A stretch of DNA of 61,404 nt, counting the filler, from Choristocarpus tenellus KU-1152 (Eukaryota; Protista; Phaeophyceae): NCBI GenBank assembly GCA_964200185.2. It is 7 parts of 7 records of this genome, joined end to end, with 100 filler letters (N's around TTAATTAATTAA, not from the genome) between each part and the next. Parts side by side here need not be neighbours in the genome. Positions count along the whole stretch, not along the records: positions 37,983 to 47,699 come from CAXNAD020003456.1; positions 47,800 to 50,343 come from CAXNAD020026898.1; positions 50,444 to 56,701 come from CAXNAD020008549.1; 4 more parts are not named here. One strand, given 5' to 3'. The notes beneath the pieces were generated by a model. That model ran no database searches, was not told the DNA's origin, and saw nothing but the letters and a program-made list of their open reading frames with translations. A program made the position numbers and the translations under genes. Positions 39,719 to 50,578 of the stretch are shown here, piece after piece. How positions within the stretch are numbered: the stretch's first letter is position 1; each line of letters begins with the position of its first letter.

Positions 39719-39977
39719 GTTCCAAAGTATTTAAGAGGGTAGGATTTTTTCCGTGTTTGTCCGTTCGGGGCTTGGCTTCCCACATGTTTTCATGCCCATT
39801 TTCGGTTTTCTGTGAACACTAACCCTAACCCTAAAGTGTGTACGACTATGAAAGGTGTGTCCGGAGCAAGGATATTGACACTTGCTAACAAACACGATAG
39901 CCAAAATTCATAAAATCGCAACATAGGGTTTATGACCCCGAACGGACGCGACCCTACCCTCTTAAATGCTTTGACTC
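39719..39977 (-). mobile_element. MITE family A copy (reverse orientation; internal hairpin region replaced by a CCCTAA tract)
   Basis: CAAAGTATTTAAGAGGGTAGG...TACCCTCTTAAATGCTTTGACTC; contains the reverse complement of the family core. Confidence 0.8.
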
Positions 39978-40485
39978 TGACCCAACTTTACCCATTTCGC
40001 CTACATGACCTGCCCCCTTGTTCCTGCCATCCCTCCTCATGATTAGCATACCTCAATCAACTCATCATAGTTCACACTTCTATTCCTCCCTCTTGCTTTA
40101 GCATGATATACGTCCAATACCTGGCTCTCCTCAAGATCTAGGATGGGGAAGAAGGGACAGTGTGAGGATGAGTGGAACTCGGCTGAATAAAACAAACTGG
40201 GAGTAAATGACAGTCTGCAAGCCCTTAGAGGGAGCCGTAGTAACTGGGTAAAGGCATACCTTCCCAGGGCGCAGGTTTCAGTGAATGGCTAGATGCTGGT
40301 TTGGCAGAGGAGTGCTTGGAATGAAAAAAAGATACCAAGACACATGTACAGAGGTGTGTGAGAGGTGTGAGGAACAGGACAGCGGCATACAGTGTAAAAA
40401 AAAAGGGAAGTAATGTTCACTGCCACTTAGCACTGCCACTAGCTTTGACTTTGGGAGTTCAATGGAGGGGCATGGAACATGTTGC

Positions 40486-40710
40486 GACCCATAGTATCTT
40501 AGATGGGGGGGGGTTTAGGGCATTTTGTCCATTTGGGTCTTGATGGAGGGTTGTAAGATACCCCACCTTCTGGCTTGGTCCAGGCAGGGGAATGGAAAAG
40601 GAAGGTGCATTCAGATAAAGGAGATTGCCTCTACATTTGACAGGTCCACTCAGATAACATGAAAATCACTATAAGTTAAGCAGGCGCTGAATCTAAGGTG
40701 CTATTGGGCC
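40486..40710. mobile_element. MITE family B copy
   Basis: GACCCATAGTATCTTAGATGGGG...TCTAAGGTGCTATTGGGCC; internal sequence is colinear with 42630-42903. Confidence 0.7.
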
Positions 40711-41671
40711 ATGTTACACTGCCCCTTGTCATAGCTGTGGGTATTGCCCAATTGTTGAGTGACCGTTTGGGATATCAGATAAAATAGAAAGGGAGTTGAT
40801 GCAGAGGAGGTTTATCAGTCTTTTGGAGAGCAGCAGATTCCCTCAGCCCATGTACCGTTTCAAATGTTGGGTTGGATAAGATTTCTGATCTTGTTTTGTT
40901 GTGGATAGTATGAACACCAAGCACTATCCTTATCAAACAAAACGATGAGATATTTCATCCTTTTGATGACATGGGGCAACCTGAGCAGTGTATCTTATCA
41001 TGAAGGAACCTGCTTTTTCAATTATCATCCGTACCAACTGTTGCACTAGTTCTTTTGGTGTGGTGTAGTGGAGTGCCACTAATATTTATTTCACTGTTGT
41101 TCATTGTTGTGTAGGCATTGGCATGCATGTCATGGAGAGCAACCCCCCTAGAAAGTTAGACTGGCCTAATGGCGGACTGGCCCATCTCGGTACCGTTCAC
41201 ATGTGCACCAATACACCAAGAACATATGCTCAGAAAACTCAACCTGGTCTTGGTCAGCTGTTGGGGGTGTGTGTCTGATGACAGTGTACAAATATCCATA
41301 CGGCTTCACTTCCAGCAACAGCTACAACCACCTCAACAGTACATCCTATAGATGTCACAGCATGTTTCAGTGTTTCCCCTTGCCCTTTCTATTTGCTGTC
41401 TTTCGACCCTGTTGGCAGTGTTGTGACTCATGTGTACCTGTGGCAATGGTGGCAATGGCCTGCAGGAACCCATGCTTGTCGACCGAACAGGACTTGTTGG
41501 AGTCTTGTGCCTTGAATGCACAGTGAAATGCATCAGGGTCTTCAGTATATACCTTTGGGCAGTGGCAGGTGGTCGTGGGATATTTGATTAGGCAGCGGGA
41601 TGAGCAGTGGGGCGAATTCTACATGTTTGGAAGTAGAATAATGTACTTATGGTGCCCAAGCATTTAACCTT

Positions 41672-41930
41672 GACTCAAAGCATCTTGGAGGGTAGAGCCG
41701 TGCCCGTTTGGGGGCAAAAATCCAATTTTGCAATTTTGATGTAATTTTGACTATCGTTGTTAAGAAGTGTCAATATCCTTGTTCCAGACAAACCTTTCCA
41801 TGAAGTATACATTTTACCTACTCCAAGACATTTCGGAGTAGGAAAACGTCATAACAAATCCGTGGGAAGCCAAGCTCCAAACGGACAAACATGGCAAAAT
41901 TCGTACCCTAACCCTAAGATACTTTCTCTC
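41672..41930 (+). mobile_element. MITE family A copy
   Basis: GACTCAAAGCATCTTGGAGGGTAGAGCCG...CGTACCCTAACCCTAAGATACTTTCTCTC; CTT on both flanks. Confidence 0.85.
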
Positions 41931-42258
41931 CTTGTGGAGATCAACGTTGAAGATGATGAGAGGCTTGTAATAATAGCAAGGTAGACTCTGAGAGGGCAGG
42001 GAGTGCGGCGAATTGTTTCTTGATTAGAGGTGGTAATGAGCATTCAAAAACGCCATCTGTGGCGGAGAGATTGTCATCAACGTCAATAGCACGAAAAGAA
42101 AAGAGCTTCGGTGTGTTTGGATGGGAAGTTCATTACTGGGAGATGCGAACAGAGGATAGGCGATTGGAGGCATATGTGGAAGGTGTTATCCCGCTACATG
42201 ACCAGAACATTTCACCCACAACCACAAAAGGAGGGATGGCTAGTTATCAGGTGTTCCT

Positions 42259-42516
42259 GAGTGAAAGTATCTTAGAGAGTACGAGTTTTTCCCAGTTTGT
42301 CCATTTTGGGCTTAACTGCCCACATGTTTTTAATGACACTTTACCTACTCCAAAATGTTTCGGAGTAGGTAAAATGCATAAGTTATGAAAAGGTGTATCC
42401 GGACCAAGGATATTGACGTCTTCTAACAAACATATAGCCAAAATTACACCAAAATTGAAACATTGGATTAAGTCCCCCAAATGGACGCAGCTCTACCCTC
42501 TCAGATCCTTTGACTC
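42259..42516 (-). mobile_element. MITE family A copy (reverse orientation)
   Basis: GAGTGAAAGTATCTTAGAGAGTAC...TACCCTCTCAGATCCTTTGACTC; TCCT direct repeat on both flanks. Confidence 0.85.
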
Positions 42517-42629
42517 TCCTAGCAAAAGTGGCTAAGTAGCAGTTGGCAAGTGCACCTCTGTTTGGTTTGTAACCTTGAACAGCCCAAGTGTGTGTTCAGA
42601 TGGAATTCCCTCTTAATATTTCAGTCTAG

Positions 42630-42903
42630 GACCCATTGTATCTTAGATGGGGGAGGGGGGGGCTTAGAGCATATTGTCCATTCGGGGCTTGATAGGGCAG
42701 TGTAACACACCCCAATTTGAAGCCCTTTTTGCGGGTGATTTTCCTTTGCATTTGGCCTAGTCAGGGGAATGGAAAATGAAAGTGTATTCAGATGAAGGGA
42801 ATTGCCTCTACATTCGATAGGTCCACTCAGATGGCATGAAAATCACTACAAGTTTAACAGGCCCTGAATGGACGCCTTACCCCCCTCTAAGCTACTATGG
42901 GCC
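42630..42903. mobile_element. MITE family B copy
   Basis: TIRs GACCCATTGTATCTTAGATGGGGG / CCCCCTCTAAGCTACTATGGGCC; CTAG on both flanks. Confidence 0.75.
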
Positions 42904-44107
42904 CTAGTCCAGAGAATAAGCTAGTAGTAACTGTTGCTACTTTTTTTGAGAACATGAATCAAGGCAGTCTTGACTTGTGCTGTTCATAATGGACATCTGA
43001 TGGAATATATGGTGCTATTCAACTTTGATTCATGCTTCTCAATCTGCTGTGATTGAAGGATTCAAATATGCACTTTTCCTTTCATTCAATGAGTAGGAGG
43101 GTTAGGGTTATATTTATACCTCGTAAAGGTATGTAAGAATGACATCCACACTAGAGACCTCCTTCCTATCCTGCGCTGCTGATGTTTTGGATCCTCCTTT
43201 TTCTATTGCAGAAGCAATGCAGAACGAAGGGGGTTGCTCTTCTTTGGGTTGCTTGTCCTCTTGATGAAGAGAGGTGCCATGTGTGTATGCCCTTAAGAAA
43301 TCAGCATACCTCACCTGTGTAGTATAGTACACATGTTTTTGCTCGATTTTCTCAAAATAGTTAAATGTTCAAGAGTAGGATGCTACATCGCTTGTGAACA
43401 GATCAATGTTTCAAAACAAAAGATATAAAGCGTGAACACACAGCTTGGGGAACAACATGAAGCATGATAACATGTGGGTGTTTTGTTGAACACAATCATC
43501 CATCACCTGCAACCCAGTCACAATCACCACACCTGACCATGAACAGCCCATTTCCTATATAGCCGTTTCCGATCAGCTCTTGTTAATCCTTTTCCATGCT
43601 GTGGCTCAACCCCTGACTCCTTTCCTACTCCCCCCCCTCCCTGGTCAATATCTTGGACAAGTTGCCTCAGACATTCTGAGAATGCCTTCACATGAACGCT
43701 TCCACAACCCCCTGCATCCTTCGCTTCAAACAGCTGCTCTAGAACTTGTCTCATCTTCCCATCCTCCTCACCAATAAGTGCAGCTACCTTAGCAGATGTC
43801 TCAGCCTCCTCCAAACCGTTAATGGTGCCTTTAAAAATATGAAGTGGAAGTTCAGGAGTATTGATGCAAGTGTTCCTCTGGTATAGAGATATCGTTGACA
43901 AATCCAAAGCTAGCCGTTCTAGGTGCCAAATTGATTACTTCAAATCCTGGAGATGATGGCAGAGAACGGACTGTCTTCGAGACTCCCTCCTTCAATGATA
44001 CATATCAAGTGCGGTACCATCACCTCGCAGAAGGTTTTGTTGCAGATTAGGAGTTTGGAGGGGCACACACATAAACACGCGCGCGCGCGCACACACACAC
44101 AAACACA

Positions 44108-44349
44108 CACTCAAATTATCTTAGAGGGTAGAGCCGCGTCCGCTTGGCGGCCAAAATCCAATGTTGAAAGTTTGATGTAATTTTGACTATCTTGTTAGGA
44201 AGTGTCAATATCCTTGTTCCAGACACACCTTTTCATAACATACATTTTCCAACTCCAAAACATTTCTGAGTAGGTAAAATATCATAAGACATCTCGTGGG
44301 AATCCAAGCCACAAATGGAAAACTCCTACCCTCTACGATAATTTCACTC
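44108..44349 (+). mobile_element. MITE family A copy inserted in a (CA)n microsatellite
   Basis: CACTCAAATTATCTTAGAGGGTAGAGCCGCGTCCG...CCTACCCTCTACGATAATTTCACTC; CA repeats on both sides. Confidence 0.8.
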
Positions 44350-44804
44350 ACACACACACACACATAATACCCATCTCATGGTCATCTCACTTTGCCTGCT
44401 CAGAATTGAATCCTTCCTTCCGCTTTGGTGCTCTCCTACCCTTTCTCCTTCCGAAATGGTCGTTCCCATGTCTGTGTTTGGCCTTGAACAAGACAGTGCA
44501 GCAGTCAAGAGCATTTTTTTTTGCAATCCCTGAGTGGCCAAAGGGAGCAGCAGCACAATTCCAACTAGCATCAGAGCTAAAAATGGCAAGCTGTTGCTGT
44601 GGACTGACAAAGTTCAACAACTTTGTTGCAAGGTGGAGACCGGGATGGTTGTTCAGGAACCTTTCAAGGGGTAAAGTAGATCAATCCTAGTATTGAAGAT
44701 GAAGCATCTTGGCACAAGGTGAAGCTGGAGGGTAAGTAATAGGAGGGCCTGGCCTCCTGAGACTCAAGCAGGCACCAAAGATATTCCAGGCACAGGATCA
44801 GGTA

Positions 44805-45067
44805 GAGTCAACGTTTCTTAGAGGGTAGAGCCGCGTCCGTTTGGGGACCGAAATCCATTGTTGCAATTTGGATGTATTTTTTGCTATCGCGTTTGTTAGG
44901 AAAGTGTCATATCCTAGTTCCGGACACACCTTTTCATAGCGTGTACATTTTACCTAATCAGAAACAATTTGGAGTAGGTAAAATGTCACAACAAACCCGT
45001 GGGAAGCCAAGCGTCAAATGGACAAACCGGGCAAAAATCGTACCCTAACCCTAAGATACTTTCACTC
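44805..45067 (+). mobile_element. MITE family A copy
   Basis: GAGTCAACGTTTCTTAGAGGGTAGAGCCG...CGTACCCTAACCCTAAGATACTTTCACTC; GGTA direct repeat on both flanks. Confidence 0.85.
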
Positions 45068-47799
45068 GGTAGAAGTTACAAAAATATATTGGATGCTTGA
45101 GCATGAAATGATGCATAGTACTGATGTCATTTCATGTTTGGGTTGGTTAGGACAAAAGACAATTAAGGAATAGAACGAGAAACTTCTTTGATAATGAAGG
45201 GACAAACTGTTTCATGAGGTGTACGGCGTTCAACTATAGGTGAAGGAAGCGGCGCCTGTATATGTATGCATGCACATACTTCTTTCAGGAAAGCCCTTCT
45301 CACAAGATAAGTTGGTGTTTGCTCACGTGGTCTAGAGAGGAGGTTGCTGGAAGATTTCCACTTCCATGTTGACTCCCAGTACTGCCTGTCGATTTTCACA
45401 GTAATCCATAGCGAATAGTCCTCGTCAGCATGAAGGCATTATATATGTCTACCCAATACAGTTGCTTAGTGTGCCTGAGTATAAGCCTGCGGGTGGATAG
45501 AGAATGACCGAATCATGAGGAAGGCAACAACACAGACTGTGCTTGCAAAGGACATGGGCGTGAATATCTTCCTGTTAGAAACCTAAGGCTCTCCCTTACA
45601 TATGAAGGACAGATGCTTCAACATATTGTTTCGATATGCGGTACTGCAGAAGTGTTGTAAGAATACACCTCAAGAAAGCTAACCCTAACCCTAACCCCTG
45701 AATGTCGCGCTTCTGTGTTGGTGTATAGGGCTAACATTCCGTATTTGCTTATAGCAAGCACATGCGATAGGTATTGGGGGGGGGGGGGAATTGATGCTTG
45801 TATTCACTCCTTTGATTCGGAATATTTAAGCAATGTCATACCATCGTATTTCATCCAAGTAGCAGCCAGTGCTGCAGTAAAGCCACACCGTAGGTTCTCC
45901 TGAGATTCAGACTTGTTGAGGCAAAAGTTCAGGAACTTGGAGCCAGAGTAAGTTGCACACATCCATGTAGGACAATTGATGGGCCAAGTTTCAGTTGGAG
46001 TTTTTGATGCATTGGGACAATGCAAATACATGGAGCATATATCTCAGGACTGACACCAAACAAACTACGAGAACGGTACTACCTAACAGTATTTTTTTTT
46101 TAATTCAAAGTGTTGATCTTGTCATTCAAATCTCCTACTTTCAGCTTCTCCTTAAATGCTAGCTGTTCTTCAGATATTTTCCTCAGTCTCAAACCTTCAT
46201 CAATTGTCCCTAAGTGTGACTGCTATAATAACAGTAGTCAAGATACCATTTTCTTTTAAGTGTAATCCCTCAGTGAGCAAACTGCTAATCTCTTATTCGT
46301 GTTGTAGAAGAGCATGTGAAATTACTCTCTGCCAGTCTGTCATCCAATGTTGAAACATCAAACTCTTTCTCCCAATCCTACCTGGTCCAAAAAAAATAAC
46401 AATTTTTATCCTAAGAAAAGATTTACGAAGATCTCAGTTATTGTTATGGACATTAGCAAAACAGTTAAATCCTGTTATTTCCAAAAAATGCAATATATAG
46501 TAGCAAGGCTGTTTCAGCAACTATTGGTAAAGCAACCACTGATACATTGAAGGCCCGCAGAGCAAACCAAACAGAGAGCAGGGACAACAGTAGTGCACGT
46601 GGATCACACCATTGTGAAGCGGAAGATATTTTCATTAAATGGTGATCAAACATCTGATCCAAAGCCTCTTGACTTTCTTTAGCAATCTCCCAATAGAGTA
46701 CACTCGCGATGGTCGTGTCAACAGGCAAGTGCTAACCGTCAATGAGGATCCCTCTACAAGCAAGTCAATCATTTCACAAGGTCGTGTACTACTGATGATT
46801 GCATGGCACAAACGCTGCCTCGAAGACTGGAGACCACGGAGAGTTTGATAAATGTCTTCTACCAGACCCCAGCTGACAAGCTGTTGTCTCATGGTAGTTA
46901 CTATGGGGACTTGTCAGCGAAGGATGGTAGTGCTTGCAGATTCAATATGTCTCCACTGAGATGAATTCATACTGAACCAACAATTTCCAGCTCCGTAGGT
47001 CATTCATCTACTCTAGGCTTAGCATTCATCACCTGGAGACTGTTTAATCAATGTTGTGGTGACTCACGAAGGAGTTTTTAAGAAAAAGGAATCATGATAG
47101 CCGGTTAATTCGATCACAATTGGTGCAGTAGATTCTGTATGCCATGTAGTTTAAGAATGTAGGGAGCAAACCTTTTGGTATGGCACACTCTCATCTTCAT
47201 CCCTCAGGAAGCGGAGCATGAGAAGCTGCCTGTCTTGCCTTGAGAAGTTCGGCATTGCCTCCTTCAAGGCATCCTACAAGGGGATGCAGGAGTTGTTTCC
47301 ACCGTTCAGGCAATGTCAGAACAGAAGAAGGGCCATGGTAGATAGTCTTCGAAATGACGTTAGAGTTGATTCATTTCATGGAGTGATAAATTTCGTCACC
47401 CATGAAAGTGTGGAAGACTGAGATCATGCGAGGGCAGGGGCCACCTTCAAAGTCGCAAAATTGAGTTTGATCTTGAGCAATAAGAGGATGAAAAAACAAA
47501 TTTGAAGTGGTTGCAGTGAGGAAACATCTGCAAAAGGTAAAGGGAATCTAAGATTCTTCTGCGAGGACTCAGATTGTGAAGGCAAGAGACTGGGAACAAG
47601 ATGTTCTGTCTCAAGATCTTTGTGCCCGCCTCATTTCTCGTCAGGGATCGCGTTGAAACTATTTGTTCCCCAGTATGGGTCAAAGTATATAGGGGGGGGN
47701 NNNNNNNNNNNNNNNNNNNNNNNNNNNNNNNNNNNNNNNNNNNTTAATTAATTAANNNNNNNNNNNNNNNNNNNNNNNNNNNNNNNNNNNNNNNNNNNN

Positions 47800-48125
47800 G
47801 TGCGGGATGCAAAGCTTCCATCCAATCAAGCTACCCTCCAGATGCTAGGACGGAAGGCAAGAGATCAGCTCCTCAGCAGTGTGAAGTTCGACGAAGAACG
47901 CCAGCAGCTCAGCGAATTCAACGCAAGCGAACACTGGGTAACAAATTTTGTCATCCGCAACAATCTCAAACGTATGTTACTCCACGGTGACGAGGGAAGC
48001 ATCAACGAAGAAGCTATTGCAGATGGAATGGCGACTGTCCGCAAAGAGTGCAAAAATTACGACCTGGATAATATCTTCAACGTGGATGAGACAGGACTGT
48101 TTTAACGGATGCTACCCCGGCGATC
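47800..48125 (+). mobile_element. pogo/Tigger-type (Tc1/mariner superfamily) transposase fragment, inactivated
   Basis: CENP-B-type HTH (FNASEHWVTNFVIRNNLK..LHGDEGS), then YDLDNIFNVDETGLF*RMLPRRS. The first catalytic D motif (NxDETG) is followed by a premature TAA. Confidence 0.85.
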
Positions 48126-50272
48126 AAAATGCTCCAAAAGTTGTATTATAAGGAGAATACTCACACTCCTTTGATGATAGATGCGCTTGCTATGTTTTCT
48201 AGCATGTCATACCCTTCCGCTGCCTCAGCCGAAACCCCGATCGTCAGGCAGAAACTGGGACTATATCATCACAATAGGACGTCTATACACGAAGAGGTAT
48301 CAGGCCAAACTTCACTCCTATACAGAGAGGTTTTCAACCGTGTACTGGCAGCCCTTGCACCGAGGCTTCAACCTGTGTTAACCCAGAACTCCTAGCCAGC
48401 TGTCTGTACTGCCTTAAATACTGAACCTTCCTCTGTTCCCGGCAACCACGGTGCCTCATTCGCTCAAATAAAAAAAAGAAAGCAATGCATCAAAATCCAT
48501 TCGACCAGTCACATCCGTTCCCCAGCTGGTGCTTTGATCTCCACCTGCTTTAGACACAGACAGGGCGAACAATAGAAGTCGGCACGATTTGGGCAAAGGC
48601 TTACCTCCATCTTCTACCTGCACTAGACGAAGTCGACATATGGCTAAAGGCACACCGAGTTTGCTTTCATCATGCCTGTAGTCAAGACTGCTTTGCGTCT
48701 ATAACTGACGAGTGCAGGTATACGTAAGGCGACTCGTTAGTTCCCAGAGGAATCCACTCATACCTTTTCGGGAACCCACCGAGGACCTCCTGGTACTCAA
48801 TCTGCTGCAGTGTCGCGTACGATGGTAGCCTTGGTAGATATACGTCTCCAGTACGTAGCAGCGATGCAAGACTCGAAACTCCCTCCACTATCCGCGAGAA
48901 TCCCAACCGTTTCGGACGCTGCAGAGTCGTCTTGAAGTTGCGCAATGGAGTCTGAAGCCCCAGCGATCCATGTCATTCCAACTATAGACACAAGACTTTC
49001 GTTCCCAACTCGAAAATATTCGCCATGACACCGACTATTGTACTAGTTATTTATCGACGTATGCCCTGATATGTCACCCATGCAGAGTCCACTCGAGAAT
49101 GCCTGTCCAGGTACTCCTTGACACAGGTGCAGAAGGAAATTACACCTCATCTATTTCTGAACAACATTTTCGAAGACAACACTATAAGCACACTGTCATT
49201 TAGAGAAAGTCAAGCCTCCCAACCACCTCCATTGTCACCATGGGTACCTTTTGTCAGGATTCCAACACTCAGACCAAGCATTAACAGTGTACCCTTGTCA
49301 GACCTTAGCAAATAGTATTGTAGTACAAAAGAAAGTTCTAAGATGGATAGTTGTCAGACTAGGTAACAAAACAAAAGTAATGGACAGCTTTACGTTACAA
49401 CAGTTGGATATTTATCATGCCTTTTAGGACCTTCACAATCCTAACACAAGACCATACCCAACTAATGTTCCCACCCAAGAACAAATCTTGCCCCGAGAGG
49501 ATGTGTTACGTCTCTTCCCTATAGGTACTAGTGTCAAACATGGTGGAAAAATGAAAGCAGAAGAGACATGTAGGACACAAGGTCCAGTTTTGACTTCAAG
49601 TCACTCTACTGGAGGGTACGGTTGAAGGATAGAGGCAAGGAGGAACTCAACAGGAGAAGAGATGAGTGCCTCCTCCAGAAAACCTCCCAGCAGGTAACAA
49701 CTGTATACCTGAAGAACAAGGTGAGGTTCAGCAGGTGCATGTTAGAATAAGAGAATAAAACAGTGATAATCATGGCCACTGAAAGGACCATGGGACAACA
49801 GAAGTTGGAATGAAAAAGTTGCCCACATTAGAACATCCAGTAATATATATGGGTTGAATAGCCTGAAGGCTTTTGAAAAAAAAAAAATATATATATATAT
49901 ACACCAAACTCATTACTTTTTTATTTTCCACTTTTCTATCCTGTAACTTTCTGTGGTCTTGAATTTTTTTTAAATATATATCTTATTTATTTCACACTTC
50001 TGTTCTTTCAATATTTATTTATTTATTTATTTTGAGTTCCCATCCCATTATCCTTTCATTTTTTTCTTTCATAGTTGTTACTCTCATCGTTTATTTATAT
50101 TTATTTATTTTCCTCTTTTCTTTTATTGTTTTTATTTTTTTATTCAGTTTCCACTTTTGTGAACCTCATCATCCACTGATTATTTTCTTTCCTGTCTATT
50201 TGTCACCCCTTGGTTTGTATTTTTTCTCTTTTCCTCTCTATTTAATCCTCCTTTTTATTTTTTCTTATATTT

Positions 50273-50343
50273 GAGTGAAACTATCTTAGAGGGTACGAAT
50301 TTTTCCCTGTTTGTCCATTTGTGGGGCTTGGCTTCCCATGGAT
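50273..50343 (-). mobile_element. MITE family A copy truncated by a contig end
   Basis: GAGTGAAACTATCTTAGAGGGTACGAATTTTTCCCTGTTTGTCCATTTGTGGGGCTTGGCTTCCCA matches the family end. Confidence 0.75.
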
Positions 50344-50578
50344 NNNNNNNNNNNNNNNNNNNNNNNNNNNNNNNNNNNNNNNNNNNNTTAATTAATTAAN
50401 NNNNNNNNNNNNNNNNNNNNNNNNNNNNNNNNNNNNNNNNNNNGGGTCATTTTTTTGTTGACATGAACTCCTTGAAAACTGTTTTTTAATAGTGCCCCCT
50501 TCCCTCCCAAAATTTTTTTTTTTCTAAATAGCTTTTTCCCCCCCCCCCCCCCTCCCACAACCACACACATTGTGATTC

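Larger units (their letters stand above)
40900..47275 (-). pseudogene. Multi-exon EF-hand-repeat protein gene, partial and possibly decayed
   Basis: Exon-like segments with AG/GT borders encode degenerate EF-hand units: DALKEAMPNFSRQDRQLLMLRFLRDEDESVPYQK (~47275-47173), QVLEQLFEAKDAGGCGSVHVKAFSECLRQL...LTRADRKRLYRKWAVHGQ|VRYADFLRAY (~43830-43120), VYTEDPDAFHCAFKAQDSNKSCSVDKHGFLQAIATI (~41552-41438), and MKYLIVLFDKDS (~40960-40925, out of frame with its apparent acceptor). A full model could not be built. Confidence 0.5.

Noticed and set aside
32754-45067. Dispersed palindromic repeats as a CRISPR-like array
   Set aside because: Copies are ~255 bp, irregularly spaced, in both orientations and have TIRs. 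The context is eukaryotic and no cas genes are present.
48130-49030. Coding-like degenerate sequence after the pogo fragment
   Set aside because: Multiple stops in all frames and no identifiable motif. It is probably a TE remnant but I cannot support a call.
50032-50274. Hydrophobic ORF resembling a membrane protein
   Set aside because: T-rich low-complexity sequence next to a contig end.
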